Shown: piece after piece, positions 1 to 12,626 of the stretch
Numbering within the stretch: the first letter of the stretch is position 1
Layout of the letters: the number at the start of each line of letters is the position of its first letter
NCBI GenBank assembly: GCA_016869285.1
Contig: VGEN01000001.1
Location: 7,201 to 71,200, forward strand
Length of the DNA stretch: 64,000 nucleotides
DNA from: Alphaproteobacteria bacterium
GTDB lineage: Bacteria > Pseudomonadota > Alphaproteobacteria > SHVZ01
Reading direction: 5' to 3'
The notes under the pieces: model-generated
What the model was told of the DNA's origin: nothing
Database searches by the model: none
Seen by the model: the letters and a program-made list of their open reading frames with translations, nothing else
Program-made: the position numbers and the translations under genes

Positions 1-377
1 ACCAGGATCAAGGGGATCGAGAGCCGGGCCGTGATCGTGAAGAGGACGATATCGTCGATACGGCCGCCGAAGAAGCCGCCGACAACACCGAAGGCAACAC
101 CGATGATGCCCGATGTCACCACCGTCGCGATGCCGATCAGCATCGAGATGCGGGCGCCGTAGACCAAGCGCGCGAAGTAGTCGCGGCCGAGTCCGTCCGT
201 GCCGAGAAAGTGCTCGGACCTGCCGCCTTCCATCCAGGAAGGCGGCACCAGGCGTTTGCTCAGATCCTGGGCAAAAGGGTCCTGGGTCGCGACCATCGGG
301 GCGAAGATCGCGATGAACAGCGTAAAGCCGACAATGAAGGCACCGAGCCAAAGTCCCCAGGCACGCCACCCCTTCAT
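1..377 (-). CDS. ABC transporter permease, DppC/OppC-like (N-terminal 125 aa only; gene runs off the window start)
   Basis: Reverse translation from ATG(377) gives MKGWRAWGLWLGAFIVGFTLFIAIFAPMVATQDPFAQDL..., typical N-terminus of the second permease of peptide/nickel importers; ATGA overlap with stop of upstream permease at 374. Confidence 0.6.
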   Translation of the reverse strand, partial: MKGWRAWGLWLGAFIVGFTLFIAIFAPMVATQDPFAQDLSKRLVPPSWMEGGRSEHFLGTDGLGRDYFARLVYGARISMLIGIATVVTSGIIGVAFGVVGGFFGGRIDDIVLFTITARLSIPLIL

Positions 378-1291
378 GCGGCGCGAAGCCTCGGGTCGAG
401 CACGGCGTTCAGCAGATCTGCGCCGAGCGTGAGCAGGGTGTAGATGATCGCAAGAAGCAAGACGACCGCCTGCACCGTCGGGAAATCGTTCTTGCTGATC
501 GACTCCCAGGCGAGGAATCCGACGCCGTGAAGCGCGAAGACCGTCTCGATGACGATCGAGCCGCCGAGCATGAAGCCCAGTTGTACCGCCGCGATCGAGA
601 CGACCGGCATCGCCGCGTTGCGAGCCGCATGCTTGAGCACGATCGAGGTTCGCGACAGCCCCTTGGCACGCGCCGTTCTTATGTAGTCCGCCGACATCGC
701 GTCGATCATCCCGCTGCGCGTCAGTCGCATGAGCGCGGGGATCGCGGAGAAAGCCAGGACAACGCCCGGCATGACGAAATGCTGCCATGTGCCGGTGCCG
801 GAAATCGGCAGCCAGCCGAGATGAAGGCCGAAGGTGATCATCAGCACGAGGCCGAGCCAGAAGGACGGCATCGCCTGGCCAAGCAGCGCCACCAACGAGA
901 TGATCCGATCGATCGGGCGGCCCTCGCGCAGCGCCGAGATCACCCCCAGCGGCAGCGCCACCGACAGCGCGATGCCGAGGCCGACCAGGCCCAGGGTCAG
1001 CGTGATCGGAAGCCTGCTGAAGATCAGCGTCGAAACCTTCTCGCGGAAGAAATAGGAGCGGCCGAAATCGCCAACCATGGCGCGGCTGACCCAGTCGAAG
1101 AACTGTTCCACGAGGGGCCGGTCGAGACCGTAGGCCTTGCGCACGACCTCGATGTCGGCGGCGGTCGAGTTCGGCCCGGCGATGGAGATGGCAAGATCGC
1201 CCGCAAGACGCGTGAGCGCGAAGGCGAAGGTCAGCACGGTGAGGCAGACGAGAAGAGCAACCAAGAGGCGGCGCGCAAGAAACTGCAGCAT
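374..1291 (-). CDS. ABC transporter permease, DppB/OppB-like (peptide/nickel/opine family)
   Basis: 305 aa ORF, 6 TM profile, conserved permease EAA-like loop (IRTARAKGLS), C-terminal ...DPRLR motif typical of DppB family. Confidence 0.85.
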   Translation of the reverse strand: MLQFLARRLLVALLVCLTVLTFAFALTRLAGDLAISIAGPNSTAADIEVVRKAYGLDRPLVEQFFDWVSRAMVGDFGRSYFFREKVSTLIFSRLPITLTLGLVGLGIALSVALPLGVISALREGRPIDRIISLVALLGQAMPSFWLGLVLMITFGLHLGWLPISGTGTWQHFVMPGVVLAFSAIPALMRLTRSGMIDAMSADYIRTARAKGLSRTSIVLKHAARNAAMPVVSIAAVQLGFMLGGSIVIETVFALHGVGFLAWESISKNDFPTVQAVVLLLAIIYTLLTLGADLLNAVLDPRLRAA

Positions 1292-1335
1292 GGCTCAAGA
1301 CTAGCCATACGCGGCCCCGAGAAACAAGGAGAGGG

Positions 1336-3246
1336 TCAGGCCTTCCGGATCGGCAAGACGATATGCGAAGGCCGCGCCCGGTCGAGCCAGAGCGTGTTGT
1401 GGGTCTTGACCGTGTGGGTATGGCACCCGAGCGGCTCCCCCGTACCGGGGTTGATGTCGAAGCGCGGGAAGTTCGACGAGGCGATATCGACCCGAATCCG
1501 GTGCCCGGTGGCGAACAGGTTGGCCACCGGCGGCAGCCGGACGGTAATCGCATATGCCTTGCCCGGCTCCAGCAACCGCTCCTTGTCGAAGCCGCCGTGA
1601 AAACGAAGGCGCAGAATGCTGTCGACGAGCGGCATGTGGAAGCTGTCGGGATAGTCGAGGCTCGCCGGGTGAACGTCGAGCAGCTTGACGGTGATGTCGG
1701 TATCAGGCTGCGAGGACGACACCCAAAGCCTCGCCTCCATGTTTCCTGCGATCTCGACCGCAGCTTTCAGCGGTTCGGTCTGGAACACCATGACGTCCGG
1801 TCGCTCGGCCAGCAGCGGCCAAGGTGCACGGCAGCCGACCTGATCGGGTCGCTCCTTCTGATGCAGAGGCCCGTCGGGCACGAGCGTCCGCATGCGGCCG
1901 CGCGGATGGATGTAGCGGCGGTCGACATCGTCCGGGACTTTCGACCACTCATAGAAGCCAGTGACCGCGGCACCGAGAGTCGGCACCGGATGCTCCGGAT
2001 CGTGCACCCATCGCGCCGGCTCGGCTTCTGCCGACGGCTCCTCCGGCTCAAGCCTGCCGCCTGAGATCAGATACCAGGGCGTCGGCGTCACGTCCGGCAA
2101 CGGCCAGGTCCTTGCCTCGATCCACCGCCCGCCGTGATTGATCCGCCCTTGGCTCTTCTTGCCGTCGCCGCCGCCCATGACGAAGACGCGGACGGGCGGT
2201 TCGTTCTCGACGCCGGTCGGCACGTCGCGCAGCCAGCGCTCGAACCAGCGCAGCCGCTCGCGGTTGTAGACCGCATTGCCCCAGGCCGCCTCCGGCCCGA
2301 ATTCGACCTCGCCGACATGGGAGGCGCCGTCGCCCTTCATCGAGCCGTGGTTCCACGGCCCCAGGAGAAGCTGGGTGGTCGACTTGTTCTGCTTCACGAG
2401 GTCGACGAATTCGCGCGCCATGTCGAGCGCAAAAGGGTCGTACCAGCCGCTGGAGAGGATCACCGGGATGTCTGCGAAGCGCTTGATGTGGGGGTGCAGG
2501 TTCATGACCGGCATCCGCCACCAATCATCCTCGACACCGTTGCACTGGTAGCGGAGCAACAGCTCCTCGAAGTTCGGGTTGGGCGTGAGCGGCGTATGGC
2601 CGGGCTTGAACGGGATGCGATAGAGCTGGTCGCGCAGCGTCTCGACAGCCGTCTCCAGGCGCTTCCGGGCGGCCATGTCGTCGCGGATCTCCTGGGCATC
2701 GAAACCATGCAGGAAGAGCGCGCCGAACATATGGAGCGCCTGTGCCCCGCCTTCACGGGCACAGCCGTCGAAGAACTTGGTCGGTGCGACATCGACCCAG
2801 AGCGCCTTCAGATGCGGCGGCCGCTCCATCGCTGCCGCGTTCTGAACAATGCCCATATGCGAGCTGCCGAGCATGCCGATGCGCCCGTTGCACCAGGGCT
2901 GTGCCGCGGCCCATTCGATCGTGTCGTATCCGTCGCGGCCTTCATTGATGTTGGCGACGTGGAAATACTGCCCCTTCCCTTCCGACCTGCCGCGGCCGCG
3001 GAGGTCTTGAAGCAGACAGACATAGCCGCGCGGCGTGAAGAAGCGCGCGACGGGCTCTATGTGGGCGACGGCGTTCGATTTGTCGTAGGAGGTTCGGTAG
3101 ACGAGCGTCGGGTACGGCCCCGGCAGGGGCGTTCCGTCGGGTGCAGCCGGGCGGTAGATGTCGGTCGCCAGCCGCACGCCATCCCGCATCGGGACCATGA
3201 CATTCTCGGCGATGACGGTTCCGCAGGTCGGTCCCGGAAGGTTCAT
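1336..3246 (-). CDS. CocE/NonD family hydrolase (S15 X-Pro dipeptidyl-peptidase-like alpha/beta hydrolase)
   Basis: 636 aa; N-terminal ...VPMRDGVRLATDIYRP... and GxSxxG nucleophile elbow (GMLGSSHMG) characteristic of CocE/NonD. Confidence 0.8.
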   Translation of the reverse strand: MNLPGPTCGTVIAENVMVPMRDGVRLATDIYRPAAPDGTPLPGPYPTLVYRTSYDKSNAVAHIEPVARFFTPRGYVCLLQDLRGRGRSEGKGQYFHVANINEGRDGYDTIEWAAAQPWCNGRIGMLGSSHMGIVQNAAAMERPPHLKALWVDVAPTKFFDGCAREGGAQALHMFGALFLHGFDAQEIRDDMAARKRLETAVETLRDQLYRIPFKPGHTPLTPNPNFEELLLRYQCNGVEDDWWRMPVMNLHPHIKRFADIPVILSSGWYDPFALDMAREFVDLVKQNKSTTQLLLGPWNHGSMKGDGASHVGEVEFGPEAAWGNAVYNRERLRWFERWLRDVPTGVENEPPVRVFVMGGGDGKKSQGRINHGGRWIEARTWPLPDVTPTPWYLISGGRLEPEEPSAEAEPARWVHDPEHPVPTLGAAVTGFYEWSKVPDDVDRRYIHPRGRMRTLVPDGPLHQKERPDQVGCRAPWPLLAERPDVMVFQTEPLKAAVEIAGNMEARLWVSSSQPDTDITVKLLDVHPASLDYPDSFHMPLVDSILRLRFHGGFDKERLLEPGKAYAITVRLPPVANLFATGHRIRVDIASSNFPRFDINPGTGEPLGCHTHTVKTHNTLWLDRARPSHIVLPIRKA

Positions 3247-3266
3247 GGCATTCCCCCTCGACGGCG

Positions 3267-4112
3267 TCAGGCCGCCCTGTATTCCTCTTTCTTGACCGTA
3301 TCGGCGAACAGCATCGCCGCACAGCCGTCGTCCGCCTCCTCGCCGACATCGAACTTGTACATGGCGCGCGTCGCCAGATCCGTGTCGATATCCGCGATGA
3401 CCAGCTGCTCCTGCTTGAGCTCGGACTGTGCCTTCACCACGCCGTCTGGCGAGATCACCATGGTCCGGCAGTTCTGGTGCTGGTCGTGGCAGATGTTGGT
3501 GGTGAGGAACCAGACGGTGTTCTCGGCGGCCCGTGTCGTCGCCATCGCGTGATGCACCGGGATCTTCCAGTCGTTTGGCCGCGTCGTATTGTTCTGCGGA
3601 TGGAAGATCACCTGCGCGCCCTTGGCAACGCAGGCGCGTGTCGTCGAGGCGAAGCGGAAGGCCTCATAGCAGATGACGACGCCGATCTTGACGCCGAACA
3701 GCTCGTAGACGTCGAAGCCTTCGCCTTTCGAGTAGGCGACAGCATCGAGCGGCGTCAGCTTGGTCTTATGGTGAACGCCGAGGATCTTGCCCTCGGGCGA
3801 GATCGTCAGCGCCGAGTTGAAGGGCTTGCCGCCGCCCGGATTCGGCGTTTCGGTGCCAAGGATGCAGGCCATCTTGAGCTCGCCGCAGCGCCTGGCGACG
3901 CGCGCATGCAGATCCTTCAGACGCTCAGGCTCGACCGGCGCATCGGTCGGCGTGATGTCGACGCGATAGCCTACGGTCTGGGTCTCCGGAAAGCAGAGGA
4001 TCTGCACACCCGCCTTCGCCGCCTGCTCGATGAAGCGGAAGATCGTGGCCGCGTTCTTGTCGAAGGAAGCGCTCTGCCGCGTCTGCGCCAAGCCGACCTT
4101 GAGAATGGGCAT
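3267..4112 (-). CDS. carbon-nitrogen hydrolase (nitrilase superfamily amidase)
   Basis: 281 aa; Glu (CFPE), Lys (HHKTKL) and Cys (VVICYE) catalytic triad positions of the nitrilase superfamily. Confidence 0.8.
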   Translation of the reverse strand: MPILKVGLAQTRQSASFDKNAATIFRFIEQAAKAGVQILCFPETQTVGYRVDITPTDAPVEPERLKDLHARVARRCGELKMACILGTETPNPGGGKPFNSALTISPEGKILGVHHKTKLTPLDAVAYSKGEGFDVYELFGVKIGVVICYEAFRFASTTRACVAKGAQVIFHPQNNTTRPNDWKIPVHHAMATTRAAENTVWFLTTNICHDQHQNCRTMVISPDGVVKAQSELKQEQLVIADIDTDLATRAMYKFDVGEEADDGCAAMLFADTVKKEEYRAA

Positions 4113-4244
4113 GACAGGCTCCCGAGGTTCGAGGAAAGCCTATCCGGCCGGAAATGCCGGTCAACCCGAGGCCGGAATCCGCGAACCTATTGACGGCCGG
4201 GCGCCTACCCTCGTCTGATCCCTTCGACCAAGTCGCGGGGGATC

Positions 4245-5360
4245 ATGGCCAGCAACCGTCTCGGCGTCGGCGTACTCGGAGCCCATGCCTGGGCCAACAA
4301 GGCGCACCTGCCGGGCTTCAAGTCCTGCGAACGCATGGACCTCGTCGCCATCTGCGATGTCGTCAAGGATCGCGCCGATGCGCTCGCGCAGAAGTTCGGC
4401 ATCCGCAAGGTCTACACCGACCCCAGGCAACTGATCGCCGATCCCGAGGTGCAGATGGTCGATGTCTGCACCCCGACGGACACGCATCTCGAGCTCAGCC
4501 TCGCGGTAATCGCTGCCGGCAAGCATGTTCTCTGCGAGAAGCCGATCGCGCGCTCGGCGGCCGACGCCTATCGCCTGCACGAGGCGACCCAGGCCAAGGG
4601 GCTCCGCAGCAAGACCGGCTTCACCTTCCGCTACTCGCCGGCGCTCCGCCAGATCCGCGCCTGGATCGAGGACGGCACCATCGGCGAGATCTTCCATATC
4701 CACGGCTTCGAGCAGAACAGCCAGTTCCTCGATCCCTACTTCCCGCTCCGCCAGGTGCCCGCCGGCGCGGACTTCGCCAAGCTGAGCCCGCAGTCGATCG
4801 TCGGCTATGGCTCGCACCTGGTCGACCTTATGCGCTGGATGGGCGGTGAGTTCGGCGCGGTCTCCGCCAGCATGAAGAGCTACGTGCCGGAGCGCATGGT
4901 GCGCGGCTACGAGGGGATGCAGAAAATTCTCGCCGATGACGGCACGGTCGGCATCGTCGAGTTTGCCTCGGGCGCGCAGGGTGTCTTGCAGACCTCGATC
5001 GTCGCCGTCGGCAACTATCCCGGCGTCGAGATCCGCGTCTACGGCTCGAAGGCCGCGGCGATCGGCCGCCTCGTGACCGAGCGCGGCGACGCCGAGACGC
5101 TGCGCTTCGCCCGTGCCGATGCGGTCGAGTTCGAGCCGGTGACCCTGCCGGCCAACCACTTCCCGCCCGGCACCTCGGTCAAGACAATGTGGGCGGAACT
5201 CTACTATCAGAATCTCGCGCGCCACTGGGCCGACGAGATCCTCGATGGCGGCCGCCCGGAAGCCACGTTCCTCGACGGCGCCCGCAGCCAGGAGATCGTG
5301 GACGCCTGCGTCGCCTCGCATTTCGAGCGGCGCTGGATCTCTCTACCCAACTATGACTGA
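4245..5360 (+). CDS. Gfo/Idh/MocA family NAD(P)-dependent oxidoreductase
   Basis: 371 aa; N-terminal Rossmann GVGVLGAHAWANKAHLPGF and EKP motif (VLCEKPIA). Confidence 0.8.
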   Translation: MASNRLGVGVLGAHAWANKAHLPGFKSCERMDLVAICDVVKDRADALAQKFGIRKVYTDPRQLIADPEVQMVDVCTPTDTHLELSLAVIAAGKHVLCEKPIARSAADAYRLHEATQAKGLRSKTGFTFRYSPALRQIRAWIEDGTIGEIFHIHGFEQNSQFLDPYFPLRQVPAGADFAKLSPQSIVGYGSHLVDLMRWMGGEFGAVSASMKSYVPERMVRGYEGMQKILADDGTVGIVEFASGAQGVLQTSIVAVGNYPGVEIRVYGSKAAAIGRLVTERGDAETLRFARADAVEFEPVTLPANHFPPGTSVKTMWAELYYQNLARHWADEILDGGRPEATFLDGARSQEIVDACVASHFERRWISLPNYD

Positions 5361-6966
5361 GCCGCTCGACAGGCTGGTCGACGACTTCCTCGACCATCAC
5401 GCGCGATTCCACCCGGTCGACGCGACCTTCATGGGGCTTGCCGGCAGCAATCATCGGCTGCCGCCGAGCGATGCCGAGGCTCCTTCCCGCGAAGCCGGGG
5501 CGCTCGAGGCGCTGATACGGCGCCTCGATGCAGCGAAGGTGGACGACACGCCGGGGCATCGCATCGAGGCGAAGATGCTCCGCGCTGCCCTCACTCATGC
5601 CCGCGCCGCGCTCGATCATTGGCCGCGCTACGGGCAGCCGAGCTGGTACACGGGTGAGGTTGCCTTCGGGCTGATCTCGCTGCTCCTGCCTTCCCAGCCG
5701 ACGAGCGCCGCCGAATCGCTGCCGGCCCGGCTCGCCGCCATCCCGGCCTTTCTCACGGGCGCACCCCATCATTTAAGAAGGCGCCCGATACCGGCCGACT
5801 GGTCGGAGCGCGCGCTCAAGGAAGTCGCGGCGCTCGGCCGGTTGTTCGCGCAAGGCCTGCCGTTGCATCCGCTGTGGCAGCCTGCCTGGCAGCCGCTGGT
5901 CGAAGCTGCCGGCGAGTCTCTCAAGCAGTTCGCCGAGGGACTGAACTCCTCGCCCGAGGCACGGCCCGCCTGCGGCCGGGACTATCTCGCCTTTCTCATG
6001 CGCGACGTCCATGGCCTTCCCTGGACGCCCGATGAGGCCATCGCGATCGCCGAAGACGCCTTCACCCGGCTTGGCGACCGACTCGCGACCGAAGCGGAGC
6101 GCATCGATCCGTCGAAGGCGTGGCAGGAACAGCTCGCCGAGCTTTCGGCGATGCATCCCACCCTGGACTCTGTCGCAGCCACCTATCGCCGCTGGCACGA
6201 GCGTGCGCTCGATGAGGCAAGCAGGCTGGTGACGCCTGCAGCCGGCTATGAGCTCGACTTCGTGATCCACGAGCCCTGGGCGCAGCCGGTGATCGGCGAT
6301 CTCTACTTCCTCGCCTATCGCTCGCCGCCGGCGCTGACCGCCGGGCGCGGCAGCATCTACTGGATACCGGCGCCCGGTGCCGATGCCGCCGCCTATCTCC
6401 GAAGCCAGGCCACCGTCACGGTCAAGCAGACTCATGCCGTGCATCACGGCTCGATCGGCCATCACACGCAGAATGCGCGAGCCCGCGAAGCCCCGTCTCG
6501 GCTGGCGAGGCTCGCGGGTACAGACTGCGCCTCCGGCATCGCGTTCCTGTCGTCAGGCACCATAGTCGAAGGTTGGGCCTGCTATGCGACCGAGCTGATG
6601 GCCGAGGTCGACGGCTTCTACACGCCAGGCGAGACGCTGGCGTTGCTTCAGGCCGACCGCCGCAATGCCGCCTCCGTGCTGGCCGACATCAAGCTCCACA
6701 CCGGCGCCTGGTCGCTGGAAGAGATGCGCACCTTCTATCGCGACCAAGCCGGCTTCCCGGCAGCGCGTGTCTGGGGAGAGACGACGCGCAATTCGCTGCT
6801 GCCCGGCACGCGGCTGATGTATTTCCTCGGCACGGAGCAGATCAAGGCGCTGCGTTCTGAAATCGGCGGCGAGCCGAAGCCGCTCTTCGATGCACTGCTC
6901 GGCCACGGCCACGTACCGATCGCCTGGGCCGCCGAGGAGATCCGGCGCGCAGCGCCTAAGGCGTGA
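5353..6966 (+). CDS. DUF885 family protein (putative metallo-hydrolase)
   Basis: ATG at 5353 overlaps stop of upstream gene (the longer 5245 ORF is an overlap artefact); HxxH..GHH-like motif VHHGSIGHH; size and composition fit DUF885. Confidence 0.55.
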   Translation: MTEPLDRLVDDFLDHHARFHPVDATFMGLAGSNHRLPPSDAEAPSREAGALEALIRRLDAAKVDDTPGHRIEAKMLRAALTHARAALDHWPRYGQPSWYTGEVAFGLISLLLPSQPTSAAESLPARLAAIPAFLTGAPHHLRRRPIPADWSERALKEVAALGRLFAQGLPLHPLWQPAWQPLVEAAGESLKQFAEGLNSSPEARPACGRDYLAFLMRDVHGLPWTPDEAIAIAEDAFTRLGDRLATEAERIDPSKAWQEQLAELSAMHPTLDSVAATYRRWHERALDEASRLVTPAAGYELDFVIHEPWAQPVIGDLYFLAYRSPPALTAGRGSIYWIPAPGADAAAYLRSQATVTVKQTHAVHHGSIGHHTQNARAREAPSRLARLAGTDCASGIAFLSSGTIVEGWACYATELMAEVDGFYTPGETLALLQADRRNAASVLADIKLHTGAWSLEEMRTFYRDQAGFPAARVWGETTRNSLLPGTRLMYFLGTEQIKALRSEIGGEPKPLFDALLGHGHVPIAWAAEEIRRAAPKA

Positions 6967-7962
6967 GCGCCTCGCGCGCGACCACATCTCCCGCGTAGTG
7001 ACAGGCGGACCAGCGGTCGGCGCCCAGCGAGACCTTCGGCGGTGCGGTCGTCTTGCAGAGATCGGTGGCCAGAGGGCAACGCGGATGGAAGCGGCATCCA
7101 GAGGGCAGCACCTGCACCGACGCCGCATCGCCGGCGAGGCGGATGCGCCTGCGCCGCGCACCCGGCCGGTGCTCCGGTACGGCGGCGACGAGAAGCTGCG
7201 TGTAGGGATGACCGGCGCGCGCGATGAGGTCCTCGGTCGGTCCCTCCTCGACGATGGCGCCGAGGTACATGACGGCGATGCGGCCCGACATATATCGAGC
7301 CACGGCAAGGTCGTGCGTGATGTAGAGATAGGCGACCTCCGTACGATCGCGCAGCGCCAGCATCAGGTTCATCACGCCGGAGCGGACCGAGACATCGAGC
7401 ATGCTGACCGGCTCGTCGGCGACGATCAGCTTCGGCTCGAGCACCAGCGCGCGGGCGATCGAGACACGCTGAAGCTGCCCACCGGAGAGATCGGCGGGAT
7501 AGCGCTCGGCGAAGCGCGCCGGCGGCAGCTCGACACGCGCCAACGCAGCTTCGGCTCGATCGCGGCGTTCACGCGCGTTGCCGATGCCGTGAATGGCCAG
7601 CGGCTCCGCCACGGTATGAATGACACGATGGCGCGGATCTAAGGATTCGAACGGGTTCTGGAAGATCATCTGCACGCGCCGCCGATAGGCCTTCAAGGCG
7701 GCACCGGATAGATCCGCGATGTCGCTGCCGTCGAAGCGGAGCGTACCGCCGCTCGGCTGTTCTTGGCGCGTGATCAGCTTGCCGGTCGTCGTCTTGCCGG
7801 AGCCGCTCTCGCCGACGAGCGCCAGGATCTCGCCGGGCTTCATGATCAGGTCGATACCGTCGACGGCACGCAAGGTCTCGGTCCCGATACCGAGAAGGCT
7901 GCCGAGCCAGCCGCGGCCGAGCGCGTAGTGCTTGCTCAAGGCGCGGGCCTCGATCAGCGGCG

Positions 7963-7966
<4 letters not shown>
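6956..7966 (-). CDS. ABC transporter ATP-binding protein, DppF/OppF-like
   Basis: Walker A GESGSGKTT, signature LSGGQLQRVSIARAL, Walker B LIVADEP, C-terminal oligopeptide-type extension; start at internal ATG giving MTPLIEARAL (ATGA overlap with upstream stop). Confidence 0.8.
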
Positions 7967-9818
<1,852 letters not shown>

Positions 9819-9819
<1 letters not shown>

Positions 9820-10784
9820 CAGAGAGCGACCCTGGGATCGAGCGCGGCGTAGACGAGGTCGGTGATCAGCGAGGCGAGCGCCACCGTCAGCGACATGACG
9901 ATGAAGGCGCCCATGATCACGGGCGTATCGCGCGCGAGGATGGCCTCGTAGATCATGCGGCCGAGCCCCGGCCAGGAGAACACGGTCTCGGTCAGCACCG
10001 CACCGGTCAGCACCAGACCGAGCTGGAGCCCGAGCACGGTCACCACCGGCAACAGAGCATTCCTGAGCGCGTAGTGATGCAGCACGGTCCGCTCGGGGAA
10101 GCCGATGGCGCGTACCGTGGTGATGAAATGCTCGCCCAGCACGTCGGCGACGGAGGTGCGGGCAAGGCGCACGTACTGGCCGACGGAGACGGTCATCAGC
10201 GCGGCCACCGGCAGCACCATGTGCCGGGCAATGTCGAGGATGTAGCCGGGGCCCGAGCGCGGGCCGTCGAGGCTGGTCATTCCCATCGCCGGCAGGATCG
10301 GGATCTCGACCGTGAAGAGCAGGATCAGCATCAGGCCGAACCAGAAGACCGGCACGCTGAAAAGGGCGACGGCGGCGAAGCTGACGGCGCTGTCGAGAGT
10401 CGAGCCGGGCCGGCGCGCGATCCAGGTGCCGATCCAGGTGCCGATGGCGACCGAAAGTGTCAGGCTGGTGCCGACCAGCAGCAGGGTTGCCGGCACCTTT
10501 TCCAAGATCTCGTCGAGCACCGGCTGGCGCGAGCGGAAGGAAAGACCGAGATCGCCCGATCCGATCTGTATCAGGTAGCGCCAGAGTTGCTCCAGGAACG
10601 GCTTGTCGAGGCCGAATTTCTCGCGCACCAGCGCGAGGTAGGCCGGATCGGCGTTCTCGCCGGCGAGCAGCAGCGAGATGTCGCCGGGGGCAAGGTGGAT
10701 GAGCAGGAAGTTGAGCACGATGACGACGAACGTCACCGGCACGAACTGCAGCACGCGCAGGAGCACGTAGCGCCGAAGGCGCAT
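9819..10784 (-). CDS. ABC transporter permease, DppB-like
   Basis: 321 aa TM protein ending ...ALDPRVAL; stop overlaps start of downstream fused gene. Confidence 0.85.
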
Positions 10785-10827
10785 CGGCCGACCCTACCCT
10801 GCCCCAAACGTGTCGCGCGGGCGCCGT

Positions 10828-12405
10828 TCAGCGCCCGGGCGGCTTGACCGCGTAGAAGCCGAACCAGGTAAGCGACTTGTCGAAGCCCGACTCCTCGATG
10901 TTGAACCCGTCCCAGCCGGCGCGAAGAAGAGTGGTTTTCTGCTCGTTGAACAGGTTGATGTAGGGCAGTTCGCTGACGACGATCTCCTGGATGCGGTCAT
11001 AGGCCTTCTTGCGCTCGGCCCTGTCGCGCGAGACCGAAGCCTTGGCTGCGATCTCGTCGAGCTCCTTGTTGGAGAAGCTCTGGAAGTTGCGCCCGCCGCC
11101 GGTGGCGAAATGCTCGCGGAAGGCGTCCGGATCCGGCCCATAGCGGGTGAAGTAGCAGGAGATGTCGAAGTTCTTCTCGAACTGGCGGCGGAACCAGGTC
11201 GCCTGGTCGAACTGCTCCAGCTTGGCGTTGATGCCGACCTGGCGGAGCTGCTGGACGAGTACCTCCATCATCGCCTTGCAGTCGACGAAGTTGGGCGGCG
11301 TCACGGTGACGGCGAAACGCCAGCCATCGGCCTTGCGCGGCAGGCCGGCCTCGTCGAGCAGCTTCTCGGCCTTGGCCTTGTCGTGCTCGGGGAACTTGGC
11401 GCTGCGGTTGATCCATTCGCCCTGGCTCTCGACGCTGGCGTGGATCGCCGGCGTCCACAGGCCGTTGAAGGCGAGCTTGTTCATCGCCTCGCGGTCGATC
11501 GCATGCGCGATCGCCAGGCGGACTTCGCGCTTGTCGAGCGGCGGCCGAGCCAAGTTCAGCTGGATGTCGCGGCTGAAGTGGGAAGGCGTGAACACGACCT
11601 TGATGTTCTGGTTGCGCTTGAGCGCCGGCACCTCGGCCAGTGGCGGCGCGTAGTCATAGGGAAGATAGTGGAGCCGCCCCGCGTCGAACTCAGCGCGGGC
11701 GACGTTGATGTCGGCCATCGGCCGGTAGATCAGGCGGTCGAGCTTCGGCCTGCCGCGGAAGTAGTCCGGGTTGGCCTCGAGCTCGACGACGCCGCCCTTC
11801 TCCCAGCGCACAAACTTGAAGGGGCCGGAGCCGATCGGCGCATTGAGGTGCGGCCCGCCCTCGAAGCCGTCCTGCCCCTCCCAGAGATGCTTCGGATAGA
11901 TCTTGGCGGTCCAGGTCGACACCTGCGCCAGCATCGGCACGAAGCCGGTCTCAGGATCGGTCAGGTGGAGGACGACCGTGTGATCATCCGCCACCGCGAT
12001 CTCGCGCACGTTCTTCAGCACGACGAAGGATGGGTACTTCTTCCGGATGATCGTGTCGTAGGTGAACTTGACGTCATGCGCCGTCACCGGCTTGCCGTCA
12101 TGGAACTTCACGTTCTTGTGCAGCTTGAAGGTCACCGCCTTGCCGTCGGCGCTGGTCGTCCAGCTCTCGGCGAGGTCGCCATAGGCGGTGGTGCCCTTGA
12201 CGATCCCCCAGTCGAGCGCGACCAGATGGCTGTAGACATTGCTGCCCGGGCCGAAGGCGTGGGAGTCGGAGGCCATGTTCGGGCTCAGCGTCTTCGGCTC
12301 GCCGGTCTGCGGCACCACCAGCGTCGCCGGCTGCCCCTGCGCGAAGGCCGTCCCGATCAGCATCAACGCGCCCGCCGCGGCGAGCGCCAGAATCCGCGAG
12401 TTCAT
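10828..12405 (-). CDS. ABC transporter substrate-binding protein, family 5 (peptide/nickel/opine)
   Basis: 525 aa; Sec signal MNSRILALAAAGALMLIGTAFAQG; family-5 SBP size and composition. Confidence 0.85.
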   Translation of the reverse strand: MNSRILALAAAGALMLIGTAFAQGQPATLVVPQTGEPKTLSPNMASDSHAFGPGSNVYSHLVALDWGIVKGTTAYGDLAESWTTSADGKAVTFKLHKNVKFHDGKPVTAHDVKFTYDTIIRKKYPSFVVLKNVREIAVADDHTVVLHLTDPETGFVPMLAQVSTWTAKIYPKHLWEGQDGFEGGPHLNAPIGSGPFKFVRWEKGGVVELEANPDYFRGRPKLDRLIYRPMADINVARAEFDAGRLHYLPYDYAPPLAEVPALKRNQNIKVVFTPSHFSRDIQLNLARPPLDKREVRLAIAHAIDREAMNKLAFNGLWTPAIHASVESQGEWINRSAKFPEHDKAKAEKLLDEAGLPRKADGWRFAVTVTPPNFVDCKAMMEVLVQQLRQVGINAKLEQFDQATWFRRQFEKNFDISCYFTRYGPDPDAFREHFATGGGRNFQSFSNKELDEIAAKASVSRDRAERKKAYDRIQEIVVSELPYINLFNEQKTTLLRAGWDGFNIEESGFDKSLTWFGFYAVKPPGR

Positions 12406-12626
12406 GACGGTCCTTCCTCCGGCTGTTCCCCCTGCCCTGGCATCGAAGCCGGACAGTTGTCCGACAAGAGGTTAGCGCCCCTGCGGCTGGCCCACAATCG
12501 CCCTAGGCGCGCAAACCCCCTTGTTCGCGCGGCGTGCAATCGGCGTGACATCGCCGCGGCGGTGGTGAGATGGTCCGATCCAATGAAAGAGGAAGCGCTC
12601 CCTAGCTCGGCGGAGGCCTTGTCCGG

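Noticed and set aside
527-1600. 357-aa plus-strand ORF rich in Arg/Asp/His overlapping the DppB permease gene
   Set aside because: Antisense shadow ORF typical of high-GC DNA (extreme R/D/H/G composition, no motifs); the opposite strand encodes a bona fide permease.
5245-5352. Upstream extension of the DUF885 ORF overlapping the Gfo/Idh/MocA gene by 116 bp
   Set aside because: The extension (MAAARKPRSSTAPAARRSWTPASP...) is low-complexity and lies inside the preceding gene; the ATG at 5353 with ATGA-type coupling is the likely start.
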